DNA of 64,000 bases, taken from Eledone cirrhosa. Its lineage: Eukaryota. Of the stretch, positions 26,598 through 41,919 are shown piece by piece. The stretch is from positions 309,938,001 to 310,002,000 of the forward strand of contig OZ024743.1 of the NCBI GenBank assembly GCA_964016885.1, in the 5' to 3' direction. Below the pieces are notes generated by a model, which made no database searches, had not been told where the DNA came from, and was given only the letters and a program-made list of their open reading frames with translations. A program made the position numbers and the translations under genes. How positions within the stretch are numbered: position 1 is the first letter of the stretch; every line of letters starts with the position of its first letter.

Positions 26598-28749
26598 ATG
26601 CTGACCAAACTCGACCTTGATGTCTCCATGAAGAACATCCCTATCCCTCCAAGGAAACTATACCTAAAAACACTCATCAGACGTACCGACGAGTTCATTA
26701 AGCGAATTAGATGGAGAGCCTTCTTCCTCAACAACCCTGATGTAGCATCTACCAATGATGAGAAGTTCGGCTTCAAAACGAATAAGACACCACCCACCAA
26801 CAGCCTACTTAAACCATTTAAAGAAGACCTCTTCAAGATGATCAAAGATATAAAATTCCGTAGAGCCACCACACCATTCCAGGCCTACTTAAATACTGAA
26901 TTGCGGAATATAAAAAAATGCCCTAATCTTTATGTCTCCTCCGATAAAACCAAAAACCTTTATGAGATAGACCCACAGGACCTACAATAAGCTGGCAAAA
27001 AATTCCATCACGACCACCTACAAAAAGGTAATAGAGATGGCATTGACTGAGACAAACGCGGCCGGAAAAGAAATCGCCAAGTCGCTTAAATTACATGACC
27101 GAACCGAACCGAACCTTTAAGGGTAAAGACTCCGCACTTTACCCTGAAGGACCATAAGGGAAACTTCCTCAACAAACCATCAATCAGACTTATCAACCCC
27201 ACTCGTTCAGACATCGGCTCTATCAGTAAGAAGATCCTGGATAGTGTTCTACCATCATTGCGGGTTGCCTCACCACAAACACTCTGGAGCAGAACATCTG
27301 AGGCAATATCCTGGTTCCAAGAATTACCCGACAAACACAACACTCGCTTCCTGCAACTCGACATAGAAAACTACTATGCTTCTATCTCGGAGCCCCTCCT
27401 GAAGGACGCAATTAACTTTGCCAGGAATTTTACCACCATTACCGTTGCTGAGCAAGCTGTTATCCTCCACGCCCGTAAGACCTTTCATTACAACGATGGA
27501 TTTTACTGGATCAACAAGAAGTCTCAGACCCCATTTGACTTTAGCATGGGAGCGAGTGACTCGGCTGAAATTAGCGACCTTGTGGGCTTGTACATCCTAC
27601 ATCACTGAAGAACCTCTTTACCGGCCTAACGGGAGGTTTATACCGAGACGACGGCCTTCGCCCTGCACAAGATTAACCCCAGAACCACCGATGGGTTTCG
27701 GAGAAACTTAAGCTCGGTCTTCTCTAATCTAGGATTTAGTATAACTATAGAATCTAATATGACTAAGGCCATCTTCTTAGATGTCACTCTCGACCTAGAT
27801 ACTTCCCTCTATTACCCGTACCACAAACCTAACGAGTCCCTTAGATATATTAATGTTAATTCTAACCAACCCCAAAACATCACTGATAACTTAGTAAAAA
27901 GCGTCTCTATTAGAATCTCTGGCCTCTCTGCCAACAAAGATATTTTTAACGCCTCTGCCTCCTACTACAACGACGCCCTCGCCCGCAGCGGATTTAAAGA
28001 TAAGATAACCTACCTAGAAACCACCGCAAGATTGCAGAGGGGGAATAGGCATAGGCAGATTAGCTGGTACAACCCTCCTTTCAATAGAGAGGTCTCTACA
28101 CCGACAGCTAGGATTTTCTTCACTTTGCTGAAAACACACCTCCCCATACAACATAGGTACTACACCATCTTTAATAAGAACACAATAAGACTCTCCTACT
28201 CCACCACACCTAACCTAGCTAGGAATATAGTCAACCACAATTCTAAAAAATTAAATAAGCCAACCACCTCCGAACCCAATCCCCGGACTGGGCTTTGTGT
28301 AATTGCCTAAATAAGGAAGCATGCCCACTTGAAAACAAATGCCTCACAAATGATATTGTATACAAATGCGATGTCATCTCAGGCACCGATGATTGCAATA
28401 ACAAAAAAACTTACATTGTTATGACTTCCAATAATTTTAAGACCCGTTGGTATGCCCATACCCACTCCTTCAGAAGACCGGACAATTCAAACCAGACAAC
28501 ACTCGCCTCCTATGTTTGGGACCTCAAAAGGAACTCCACCCCTTCACGCTTAAATGAAAAATACTCCAGAAAGCGCGCTCTTACAACGGAGGACACAAGG
28601 GCTGCGACCTTTGTATCTCAGAGAGCTACGAAATTTTATTCGCCAAGGGCCGGCTACTGAACAGACTCTCTGAACACTGCCTGAACTGCATGCACAAGAA
28701 CTTTGCAACTTTCAAATATCTTAAGCCAGTGTTAAAGGCTGATGGCTAA
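26598..28749 (+). pseudogene. Frameshifted PLE reverse transcriptase + GIY-YIG endonuclease ORF
   Basis: SMKNIP...IRLINP...LDIENYY...MGASDSAEISDLVGLY...YRDDGL...FLDVTLDL...CNCLNKEACPL..CL..IVYKC...YI..T...FKTRW..H; several frameshifts and stops. Confidence 0.9.
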
Positions 28750-28932
28750 AAATGACCCCCTCCTTTTATCCCCTCTACCTCCTTCCCACCCTAACCCCAC
28801 CCCTCCTCAACCTGAAATACGGCCACTATGGTTATGTGAGTACTTCTTACCTATCTGCATTTTCTGCCTGTAGATTGTTTTTATGTGCCTGTGTATATGC
28901 GTATATTTATTGAGTACTTATTTGTATGTATA

Positions 28933-28983
<51 letters not shown>

Positions 28984-29284
28984 GTATGTGTACGTGTATG
29001 TGTATGTGTGTGTCTATATATATGTGTATATGTGTATATGTTTCTGTATATATATACATATATATATATAATGTATAATAAACAATACAATATAATTACC
29101 TCATTACCAGAGGTTTCCCGAATAAGACGAATACGAAAAAAACGTCCTCATTCGTTCGTCGGACGAGGTAATATAGAACATAGTGAAATATTTGGAAAGT
29201 CTCCTCAAGAAATGCAAAACATATATTAAAAAATATAGAAAATATATAAAAAATATAAGGAAATATAGTTAGGTATGTGTATAT

Positions 29285-31832
29285 GAACCTCCCGCATCAA
29301 ATGCTCTGCCTCCTTCACTGTATTTGTCACCAAAACTATGTCGTCGGCAAATTCAGCATCCGATACCTTTTTCGCCATAACTCTTCTGCTCTGAGCCAGT
29401 AAAGCCAGAGTCCTGGTGTTTCTCCAGTGCAAGGCGCATACAATAGTCCACTACGATGATAAAAATGTAGGGAGCCAATGCATCTCCCTGGAGCACTCCA
29501 GCCAGTATCTCAAAGAACTCTGTCATCCCATCAGGCGTAATGACTTGGGCTTTGGTGTTGGTGTAGAGCAGTGATATCAGGTCCACTATATTCTTGGGGA
29601 TTCCATAAGCCTGTAAGATCTTCATCAGGCAGTAACGGTCCACAGAGTCAAAGGCCTTCCTAAAGTCAATGAAAACCATGACCACAGGAAGGCAATTTGC
29701 TCTAGCTCCCTCTAATATCCTCCTAAGCATCAGGATGTGACTGGTGGTTGATCTATCCTCTCTGAAGCCGTTCTGGTTGTCCCTGAGCTTCTTCTCCATC
29801 TCAGGCTGGATCCTGTTAAGAATCATCCTGTTGAGGGTCTTTGCCACAAGTGACGTCAGTGAGATCCCCCTGTAGTTGTTGGTCTTAGAGAGATCTCCCT
29901 TCTTTGGCACTGGGACGATGTTACTGATCCTCCACTGAATCCGGGCAACTCCCTTCTCCAGTGCCCCGTTACAGAACCCCAGGATGATATCATCAAAATC
30001 ACACCTCTTCATCACCTCTGATGCCACTCCATCTTCTCCATGAGCCTTGCCCTCCTTGATCCTCTTCTTGGCTCTCTGACGCTCCTGTCTGGTGAAGGGC
30101 TCTGTCTCAACATCCAGTTCCTCAAACAGCCACCTGATCTGCCCAGTGCTCTGGGCTGTGGAGGGTGGCCCTCCTAGTAGGGTCCTAAAATGGTCTAGCC
30201 ATTTCCTCTTCCTATCCTCGGGCCCCGTTCCCTGGATCTGACTCGAACACCTTCTCTTCCTCCCTGTGATCTCGTTGATGATCATCCAGCTCTCCTTACA
30301 TCCAGATTTGTCAACCGCTCTCTCCACACTTCTGATCTTCTCTATCAGTGCCTCCTCTCTGACCTCAGTGTAAGCGGTACAGAGTTCTTCCCCAATCACC
30401 TCCACAGTCTCCATCCTCTCCTCCGTAGGATCAGCATAGAATTGGACCTTGGCAGCCTTCAGGTGTTCTCTGGCTGCACACACTTTTGGGTTTGCAGAGC
30501 TGACGTGCTTCCCTTTGTTCTTTTTCCTCGGCATCAGGGTTTCATTTGCTTCCGCCACTGCATTGGTGAAGTGCCCGTACCTCCATGCAATCTCTCTCTC
30601 CTCTGACTCTCCACACAGAGCACTAAACCTGTTTCTCACTTCCACTGTGAACCTCTCCTGTAACTTATCATCTTCCTTGAAAGCTCTCCAGTCATGGATT
30701 GCTCTCCGGGGTCGAGCCTTGCTCTTTCTTAAGCTCACCCGGACCTCACTCATAACAAGCCGGTGGTCACTACCCAGTGTACTGAAATAACTGTATGGTT
30801 CTGTGTTCAGAACACTTTTTCCTCACCAGAATGAAATCAATCTGGGACTTGGACAGGTGCACATCTGAGATGTAGGTCCACATCTTCCCCAGATTCTTCC
30901 TAAACCTTAGGTTGGTCGCCATCAAGTTCGCCTCCAGCAGGCTGTCTCTCAGTAGTCTTCCATTTCGGTTGGTGTTGTTATGGAAGTACCAGAAAGGATC
31001 TTCACTGCCCTCCTTACTCAGATGTGCATTGAAGTCCCCCAAAACAAGCAGGATATTGTGTGCCTGAGTGGTGTTGACAGCTCTACACACCTCATGGAAC
31101 TCGGTTGGACTATAGGCTGAGATGACTGTCAGTCTTGGGTTTCCATTGAAGGTCACCCTCAACACTCGCGGGGAGATAGGCATTATTTCCCTCACCAACA
31201 GATTGGTTCCTGCACTGAACACAAAACCCACTCCTCCTACTGCAGCATTTGTTGTGTTCTTCCCTGCCGATGTAGTGATGAGCTGGCTCCTCTTCCCGAT
31301 CATCACACTCCTCACGGGCTCATCGTGTAGGATCCTGTGTTCTTGGATCGCAAGTATCTGTATACCACTCTCCTCGAACAGATGTCCCAACTCCTCTCTC
31401 TTCTCCAGTGTCCGAATAGTCCTCACATTCAAAGTGCCCATTTTGATGGCTCTTCAGCAGGACAAATCTGCATTCTTTATATTTGTCTCAGAGACAGCTG
31501 ACCCATCATCCACTGGCCCCCTCTGTGGCTCTAAGCCAGCAGAGTCATAACGACCAGGCTGCTCCTTGACAGTGTAATTAGGGGCTCTAACCCTAGTGCT
31601 GTTAGATCGACTCTCCATATTTCTTTTCAAATGGCTGACAATACCTTACCGGCGCCACGCGAATAAGATAGTTATTTAACCCATAAATGGAGCCCTAACG
31701 GGTACTAGCACCCCAGGCCAGGGCAGACCTGGGAGTCATGACAACTAAGGGGTAACTCCACATTCCCCACAACACCTGAACTCCCGAACTGGAGCCTTGC
31801 CACTGGATGTAGTTTAATGTCATACCCAGGAC
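29285..31832 (-). mobile_element. RTE-clade LINE, 3'-truncated: 5' UTR, AP endonuclease and RT
   Basis: GTLNVRT..IQEHR..SAYSPT..LGDFNA..QIDFIL (30770-31441); NYRGISL..QNGFR..FIDFRKAFDSV..GVLQG (29353-30753); FADD after an 8-nt deletion. Confidence 0.92.
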
Positions 31833-32042
<210 letters not shown>

Positions 32043-32250
32043 GTATGTATGTATATATGTTAATATATATTTATATATGTATGTGTATATATGTATGTGT
32101 GTGTGTATGTTGTATTGCGTGTATATGTATGGTTTTGTGTATGTGTGCATGTTTATATATGTATATATGTATATATGTGTGTATTTGTGTGTTTATATAT
32201 GTGTATGTGTATACATGTGTATATATGTATATGTGTGTGTGTGTATATAT

Positions 32251-32296
<46 letters not shown>

Positions 32297-32481
32297 ATAT
32301 ATATATATATATATATATAAGAACAAAAGATGGTTAAAGGAGTTCCATGTATTTTATTATGCGCATTTCAAAAACAAATATCATCATGCAATAATATTTG
32401 TGTTTTCATCAGATAAAACAGGAGGTCATGATATGAAGGCTAAAAAATATTTGTGGGTAGTTCAGTTTTAAATCAACATAT

Positions 32482-32546
<65 letters not shown>

Positions 32547-32614
32547 ATATGTATGTATATTTGTATGTATGTGTATATATGTTGTGTATATGTGCACATG
32601 TGTGTATATGTCTG

Positions 32615-32662
<48 letters not shown>

Positions 32663-32884
32663 TATATGTTTATATTGTTCTATGTGTGTATATATATATG
32701 CATGTATATGTGTATATATGTGTATATATGTGTGTATATGTATATATGTGTATATATATGTATATATATATATACATATACGTGTATATATATATATATG
32801 TATATATGTGTATATGTATATATGTATATATATATATATGTATATATGTATATGTAGGTGTATGTATATATGTATATATATGAG

Positions 32885-32923
<39 letters not shown>

Positions 32924-33572
32924 ATATATGTATGTGTGAGTGTATGTCGGTGCGCGCGTGTGAGTGAGTGTGTTTGTGAATGTGTCTCTTGACTTTTGGA
33001 ATATAGTTTAAGAGATATTTGAAGATAATGGTATGATATGCACTCAATATTTTGAACTGATCTATAGAATTCTCTAGTTTTTTGTCACTAAGGAGTACCT
33101 CAAATTATTAGCTTCGAAAGAATTTCTCTTTTCTTTAAATCCATCAACCATGACTGACCCACAATGATATTATAGACATCTGAAATATAGGCATTGTTAG
33201 CTTAAGAGAAACTTTAAAATAATGAGTGGCACTCCATCCTGAACTTGATTATAGAATTCTTTCTGCCTTTGTTACTCTAAATATAAACTATAGCTTTGAA
33301 GAATTAGCTTTTAATGAATTCCCTTTTCTATCAACCAATGACCTACACCCATTCCCCTCCCGACCCTCTACGACCACCTGAAGAAACCTATAAATACCAT
33401 ATTTATTTTTTGATACCCAGATTCCTGATGATTTCTAAAAATGAAACAGTTCTAGTCCTGTAGAATCTCATGTATATTAAAACTTTTATACTCTGCAATG
33501 TATTGAGTATCTTACTTACTGTGTTTACCTCCGATTCAACCCGGAATAACGTATATATATATATATATGTAT

Positions 33573-33668
<96 letters not shown>

Positions 33669-33759
33669 TGAAATTTCCGTTGGAAACAGAAAAGGTCATA
33701 GAAATGAAGAGTGTTCTATGTAAGTATCAGAGCAAAATTTAATGTATAAAATCAATACA

Positions 33760-33837
33760 ATTACCTCATTACCAGAGGTTTCCCGAATGAGGCGAATACG
33801 AAATAAACGACTTCATTCGTTCGTCAGACGAGGCAAT
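33760..33837 (-). ncRNA. Type I HHR (copy with U4C at 29095-29172 -)
   Basis: attgcctcgt CTGACGA acgaatga...tcattcgg GAAA cc-tct-gg TA atgaggtaat; 10-bp stem I. Confidence 0.85.
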
Positions 33838-34212
33838 ATAAAACATGGGCAAATACTTAGAAAAACACATCAAGAAAATCAAAAAAAATATATAGATAAA
33901 TGAAATAGAAATTGAAATATATAAAAATCTATCAAGAAAAATAGTTAGGTGTGTGTATGTGTATGTATATACGCTCACAGATATGCATATATGTATATAT
34001 GCACATGTAAATGTATAGTTAGAAAGTGTGCGTAATTATAAAAATTTAGGGCAAATGTATCTATATGTCTGTATTATACAGACAGAAATGGTTACATCGT
34101 AAATATAAGAATATAAAGTCGCGCGCACAAAAACGCCTGGACATTCGTACATTTAGATGTGGAAAGAAAGGAGGTAAAGATATATATATATATGTATTTA
34201 TATATATATACG

Positions 34213-34379
<167 letters not shown>

Positions 34380-34621
34380 TTATATATATATATATATTAC
34401 TGTACAAAAATAGTATAGTTTAATATATGCCACTCCAATGTACATCAATATATATATATGTATCTGTATGTCTCTTGCGTTGGAAAGGAGGGCAATTATG
34501 TGTACAAACATTGAAAAATGTTCCGAAGAGATCAAGCCTAGGTTTGGATGAAACAATTGTAACTGAATAAATGGTTTGAACTTAGCTTTGATATAAATAC
34601 ATATATATATATATATATAAA

Positions 34622-34708
<87 letters not shown>

Positions 34709-34721
34709 CATATATATAAAT

Positions 34722-34778
<57 letters not shown>

Positions 34779-34785
34779 TATAAAT

Positions 34786-34849
<64 letters not shown>

Positions 34850-34851
34850 AT

Positions 34852-34886
<35 letters not shown>

Positions 34887-34905
34887 CATTTATATATATA
34901 TATAC

Positions 34906-35014
<109 letters not shown>

Positions 35015-35024
35015 AGGTATAGAA

Positions 35025-35124
<100 letters not shown>

Positions 35125-35760
35125 ACATATATATATATATGTATACATATATATTCGGGACTCAGAATTATTATCTCGTACAAGTTCACGTTGCTGCACT
35201 GGGTCGTTGCTGGCCCGGGATGGAAACCTTTATTGTTTATTTCGTGGTAGTCTCTTTAGTATTTTGGCCCCTTTTGTTGACCCGTCACCGTATCATTTAC
35301 GTACTTATACCTCTTAAAAGGGTTCTTGCCTCTTCCGTCCCACCTAGTTCTTTTACTTATTTCGTTATTTCTTTATATATTTCTTTCTTTACTTCTTTCT
35401 TTCTTTCTTTATTTTATTCTAGCCTAACAATAGCCTGAGACCTAGGTCGTAGAATTTAATTTACTTTACTTTTTTCTTTACACTTATTTGCTTTTCTTCA
35501 CTCTCAGTATTTTTTCTTTCCTATATATTTCTACCCCACATTGTTCTACCTACCGTTCCGACTTCCTCCCCCTCCCCCTCTCCTGTATCTTCTTTGACCT
35601 CATGCCCAGCTGTAGCTGGCACTACCAACGCTTGATTGGGTCTACTCCACCCTCTCCCCTCTTTCTCCTACTGGCAGGTTTAGCCACCATCTCCCCTACT
35701 AATTTGCAACCACAGAATTACTACTGATTTTTGACAATCACTTTGACCATATATGGAATT

Positions 35761-35854
35761 ACCCCTTGAGAAGATCGGCTATTTAAATACCAGGATAAAT
35801 TTTCATTTAGTCCAGAATTAGCCGTCGAAACGGCTTGAGCTCAGCTGTCGGGGT
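35761..35854 (+). ncRNA. Type I HHR, U3-A8 core variant
   Basis: acccc TTGAGAA gatcggcta...tagccgtc GAAA cggct-tgagctc-agctg TC ggggt. Confidence 0.65.
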
Positions 35855-35862
35855 CTTACTGG

Positions 35863-35929
<67 letters not shown>

Positions 35930-37530
35930 TTACATAAATACATATATATATAAATACATATTCATATATATTTATTTTTTTCATTTTATGTCTAATGTTT
36001 CTTCTTTCTTTATAATGTATTATATAACTCTGATATCGAATCAATCTAATCCATCCAGATTATTTTGTCCCTATTATTCATAGAGCAACAACGGTTAAGG
36101 TTGGCACCACACACATTCAGGGATATATGTGGGTATATGCATGTATATGTATGTATTCGCATGTGTCTGTGTATTTCTTTGTATTGTTTATAACTCCCTA
36201 CGGTAGATAACCACTGAAGTGTAATGACTGCTATAAAGCTTGCACTACCCACACTTCTCGCTTTCCTAGCCAACTCGTCTATGGCCTTGACATAAATACA
36301 CCGTCTGTCTTTCGTGGTATTTTTCTCTTGGTTGTAAGAGGCTTAACTCTGTTTCTTGACCACTGTATCACGTGATAAGTTCCCTCTCCGCCTTTAGGGA
36401 GTCTATCTCGCGTCCTACTGACGTGTTTTGAAACTCTAATTGAGGTATTCTCTTGATAAGTCGGCAAACCTCACAAAAATACTGCATCTCTATGATGTAA
36501 TGTTTTTGCAAAGTAGCCACGAAACTACGTATTCGAGGACAATGAAGGAGTTCAGGTATATTATATATTTTTTAATTTTATGTGTAATGTTTCTTCTTTC
36601 TTTATAATGTATAAATACATACATATATATATATATATTTATATATATATATATATTAACAAAAGACTACAGATTTAGTTAAGTCAGTAATAATTGATTG
36701 AAATGTAATCCTTAAAAAATATGTTTAATCTCGTTCTAAACTACATTAAAGAACTTCATCTATAGTAGAAGACAGTCCAGACGCTAGAGATTTGGGGCTT
36801 ATCCTATATTTTGCTGTTTCCAAAGAAACATATTGTCATGGTAAATATATCTCTTAGATGCATAATATATTGTCGATAGTTTGTTTTGTTGGAGTTCAGA
36901 TGGATTTGTATTTGTTATCATCTTAAAGAGAAAAATACTCTATAAGATAAAGATATATCCAATCTATACATTATTATTAATATTCTAACGACTGCGTATC
37001 TATGTTTTATTTGGTGGTTAATCACAGCATGCATGCAGGGAATACACTGAAGTATTGCTGGAATCGTAGTAGTGTGGTTGCGACATATGATAGGCCTTAT
37101 GTATTTAAACCTGGCGAAGCCTATCCCTTTAGAAACGGGAGGGAGGGTGAGAGTGTGGAATGAAAACTGAGAAATTGTGAACGAATAAAAATCATACCCT
37201 GTATCGTACTAGTACTCCATTTATTGACCTCGAAATGATGAAAAGCAAAGATAAGCATGGTGGAATTAAGAGTGTACATGATCAGAATTAATACAGTAAA
37301 GCAATTTTCTATCTGACGTTCTAATGACGCTGCCAACTTACCGTTTTTATAGCATGTGCAGAGTAATCTATATCGGTCTTGGCATTCTTCTACTTTTCCA
37401 CAATACAAAGACAAAATCCTCAGTGGTTTCGCTTTATCGTGATAGCATTTATGTTTTGATCATACATTCAAATTGCTATAATTTCATACTTCCCGTCTTG
37501 CAATATAAGTGTCACACATCGAAAACTATA

Positions 37531-38051
37531 GCCGTTCTAACCATCCTAGATACATCACCAATAACCTGGTTAAAAACATCTCCCTCCGCATATCTCGTTT
37601 GTCCGCTAATGAGCAGATATTCGACGAACATGCGCCTCATTACAACCAGGCCCTCAAGTAGAGTAGCTTCCGGGAGGAAATATTCTTTTATCCAGCTTCC
37701 CTTAGCGGAACCAGCAGGCGACGCCGTCGCTCACGCCACGTAACGTGGTTCAATCCTCCCCACAATGCCGAGGTGGCAACACCTATCGGGAAAATCTTCT
37801 TTAGGCTCCACGAAAAATACTTACCACCACAACACCGCTACCACAACATGATCAACAAAAACACTATCAAGCTCCCCTACAGCACCACACCTAACTTCGC
37901 ACAAAACATCGTCTCCTCAAAACAACAAAAACTCAACCCCTCTGGAAGAAACAACCTATACATTAGTGGAGAGCCGACCAGGAGGTGTAACTGCCCTGAT
38001 AGAGCTACGTGCCCCCTCAACAACAGATGCCGAGAACGTAACGTGATCTAC
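37531..38051 (+). mobile_element. Internal PLE fragment (RT thumb/linker)
   Basis: TWFNPP...KNTIKLPYSTTPN...RCNCPDRATCPLNNRC..NVIY, paralogous to 27850-28370. Confidence 0.8.
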
Positions 38052-38302
38052 CACACATCGAACACTATATCTCTCCTGTGTATAGAAGCTGTTTCAATTT
38101 CAATTCACGTACATATCAGTTATTTCTATATATTCCTTTCTAATCATAATGAAATGACATTAAGCCATTTGAGACAAGCTTATAACATGTTGCTGAAGGT
38201 AAGTAGTGGACTGTGATCATTTCAGTACAAGATGTAGCGGTCGCTGAAGAAACAACTTGGAATTATTTCTAAATGATAAAACACAGCCAAAATAGGTGCT
38301 TT

Positions 38303-38622
38303 GGATGATGTTAATGATGATGATGATGCTGATGCTGATGATTGTGGTGGTAGTCTTGGTGGTGATGATGATGATAATGTTGATGGTGATGATGATAATG
38401 ATGGTGATGAGGATGATGATGATAATGGTGCTAATAGTGATGATTGGGATGGTGGTGGTGATGATTATGTTGATGATTATGATGATAATGATGATGATAA
38501 AGAGGGTGGTTGTGGCGGTGGTAGTGGTGGTGAAGATGATGATGATGATGATGATGAGGAGGAGGAGGATGAGGAGGAGGAGGAGGGGATGAGGAGAGGG
38601 GATGAGGTGGTGGAGGAGGAAG
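38303..38622. repeat. (GAT/GGT/GAG)n low-complexity tract
   Basis: Degenerate trinucleotide repeats. Confidence 0.9.
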
Positions 38623-39382
38623 GCAGAATTATGAGTATATAATTAACATTCAATAGGTTCAAAGTGCCTAATTTTATGTTCAATTATATCAATTATGTGA
38701 AAACGCCGAACAATTAACATTATAGTAATTAATTACATATCTAGTTTCAGAGCCATACATCCTGTAACAGAATTCCCCGAATTAAATATAAGCATTCACC
38801 ATAATCAGCGACCTTACAATAAAATATGCAATATCAATGTACTTTAAATTATTTAGCAACATATTAATTATTCTATAATGTAAAGTAATAGCAGCCTAAT
38901 ACTGCTTCATAGTTCAGGTCATCATTCCACCCTTTCTTCTGTTATACAAACGTTCATGATACAATAGGCTAAGTTAAAAATATTCAAATGGCTGATTAAA
39001 TATTCATATTTTACTTTAACTGATATATTTCTATTGAATACATTTAAATATTATCTGTTCTAGCGTTATGATTGTATGTACACGATAGGGTTTAGGACCA
39101 CACATATTTCTCATCATGTTTTGTAAAATGTAGATATTTTACATTGAAGCAATTTTTCACACCATATGCTATCTTAATGGTTGAGAATGTCTGTACATAT
39201 ACAAATATATACTGCATTTATTGGGCTCATATTGGCAGATTTGTAACGTTTAAATGTTATCTATTAAACTTTTATAAATATAGGCATATTCGTTAAAACA
39301 CGGCCTTGACCATGGACACTGAATTAGTGATGAAGTCGAGAGATCGCGATAGAGAGAGAGAGATAGAGAGAGAGAGAGAGGG

Positions 39383-39420
<38 letters not shown>

Positions 39421-40114
39421 GAGCGACAAGAATGTGAGGAAGGGAAATAGAAGAATCGACACAGGCACTAGACTCGTAATTTATTTATCGACTTTGCAAA
39501 CATGAAAAACAAAGTTGGCCCCTGCAAAATTAAATCAGAGCACAGAAAACCAAAACGATTGCTGCAAAGATTTTTCTCCGAGGTGCTAACGGCTCTGTCA
39601 ATTCTCTGCCTTCGTAAGGACAGAATATTCTATAAAAACAAAAGCAAATAAAGATACAGTTGACCGTAGATTCAAGAAATCTAGATAATATTGTTTCAAG
39701 TATTGTTTATTTATTCCTTTTATCATTTAAACTATCAGCGTGAATCTCGCTGGGGCCCCGTTTGTTTTTATTAAGCAAATGCAAACCACGCTTTATCCTT
39801 TATAAGTACTGGAAATGTAAACAATATATTGATTGGAACTTTGCTATGCCTGTCGTCGAATGGATTTTATGCATTCAGGTTTAGATAAGGCATATATATA
39901 TATATATGATACCCATGAAGTATTTATGCTTGATTACAACATGGTTGATTTTTGAAATATATATATAAAAGAAATAGGATTTTGCTTCAAGCATAGCTTT
40001 ATACAATATGTATAAATATTTCGAATCTCTAAAGAAATCCAGTTTTAGGAACCCGTAGCTATGCAAACACCGGGGGGTGGGGGGGTGGGGGGGGGGGGGT
40101 AACGCCCTGTGGTG

Positions 40115-40292
40115 ATGTCCAGCAGAAGCAAGGGGGACAACCGTCTATTCATTTCAGGCTTAACTGACCTTCGTCACGACAGCCCCTCCCACCGCTTGCG
40201 GCAAGTGGCAAGCGGTGGGAGGGACCGTCCTGACGAAGGCCAGTTAAGCCTGAAATGCATAGACGGTTGTCACCCTTGCTTCTGCTGGACAT
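40115..40292. repeat. 178-bp palindrome containing an HHR
   Basis: ~85-bp arms with an 8-nt loop and several mismatches. Confidence 0.9.
40224..40267 (+). ncRNA. Minimal type I HHR
   Basis: accgtc CTGACGA aggc-cagttaa-gcct GAAA tgca TA gacggt; palindromic ATGCAT. Confidence 0.88.
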
Positions 40293-40880
40293 TAAATTAA
40301 AAGCTATATAACCGTAGCAGGTATATATATATATGTATATAACTAGGGAGACACGAAGTAGGCATGAGTAAGTAGATGTGTGTAAACCATATATGTCATT
40401 ATATATGTATTTTCTCCCAGTTAACAGACAACGAGTAACGTAAGTAAGTTGCATTAATTTCATTTTAAATTCTCTGTTTCCGTACAATCCTGTTTTAATT
40501 TTTCCCAAACTGGTTGAGATCTAAATATGGCTAATGAAGTGAAAGTTTCCCGTCATTTGGCACTATCCTATGGCGAACGAGAGACGTTCTCGCTCAAGTG
40601 GCATCACTGCCTGTCGCAAACAATTTTGTCATAGCAGTAATATTCTCACACGTTCATAATTCATCGACTGCTGTATCGCAATGTTCAGCAAGTTGTAAAT
40701 TACATTCAACGTAACGTTCTGCGTTTGCAGAAGCCCGGGTCTAGACGTATAAGTGCAAAAGCCACATTACGAAAATACACTTTGTTAGCACTCGGAAAAA
40801 GATTTTGCTCGGTACAAGTTCCTAAAAATCTCATTGAGTGAGTGAGTACATGTGAGCAAACAAGAATATAGCTAACCTTG

Positions 40881-40915
<35 letters not shown>

Positions 40916-41004
40916 ATCTACTTTTCTACTAATACTAGATTTGCGAATCAATGTGTTTACTACTCTATCATTTATTGCTACTCACTCTCCCTCTCCTTCT
41001 CTTT

Positions 41005-41046
<42 letters not shown>

Positions 41047-41050
<4 letters not shown>

Positions 41051-41780
41051 ATGAGAAGAAAGAGGAATACTGCTTGGTTGCACATGGGTTACATATTATA
41101 AAATTAGTCCCTCGTCAGTGATTTGCCAACCATCATTGATATTTCATCGCATTAAAAATCATATACCTCAGGTTGGTGCGAGCAATAACTAAAAAAAGCT
41201 ATTGGGACAAGTGAGTCGCGTAAAGCGAGTGAGACAAGTAAACAACATAGAAGGATAAAAGCAAACCGAAGATAGGGAAAAAAACAAGCAACATGGTTAT
41301 CCGGTCAGCAATAGCTGGGTGAATTTCATGAGCGTTCAGCATACAGACCGTCCGACGTGAGTGTGATGTGAGCAAGAAAGGACCCCACTATCAACGAAAC
41401 GGGAGGAAGTGAGAAGGGGAGAAACAGAGAGTGAGTGAGTGGAAGTGCGAGGAAGAGGTCAGTCGAGAGAAAGTCTAACTGACAGAGGGGGCGAAAGAAG
41501 GTGAGAGAAACAGAGAGAACGGGGGAGCAGTAAGAGAGAAAGAGAGAAACAGACAAACGCAGCCGAGGTAAATATGTATAAAAAACATGAGAAGAAAGAG
41601 GAATACTGCGTGGTTGCACATGGGTTACATATTATAAAATTAGTCCCTCGTCAGTGATTTGCCAACCATCATTGTTATTTCATCGCATTAAAAATCATAT
41701 ACCTCAGGTTGGTGCGAGCAATAACTAAAAAAAGCTATTGGGACAAGTGAGTCGAGTAAAGCGAGTGAGACAAGTAAACA
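41047..41780. repeat. 536-bp unit with ~198-bp terminal direct repeat
   Basis: 41047-41244 recurs at 41583-41780. Confidence 0.85.
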
Positions 41781-41919
41781 TATATTCTATTATAACAACC
41801 TCTCAGTTCAACTCACCCATTTCTTCTCTTACGTCTCATTCTTTTTCACTAGCTTTCTATCTCATGCACTCTGTCCCTTATTATTTCAGTTTCTCTATAG
41901 ACGTAAATCTGTACAGATA

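Noticed and set aside
31500-31560. Twister-like motif in the RTE 5' UTR
   Set aside because: Only one helix fits; the P4 loop and pseudoknot elements are missing.
34505-34570. HHR relic (GAAA caattg TA; also 20125-20180 on minus)
   Set aside because: Core and stem I are too degenerate to call.
38296-38683. Acidic D/E-rich or poly-M ORFs
   Set aside because: Trinucleotide low-complexity tract without splice or domain support.
40072-40100. G-run as telomeric or regulatory G4
   Set aside because: Short homopolymeric tract with no supporting context.
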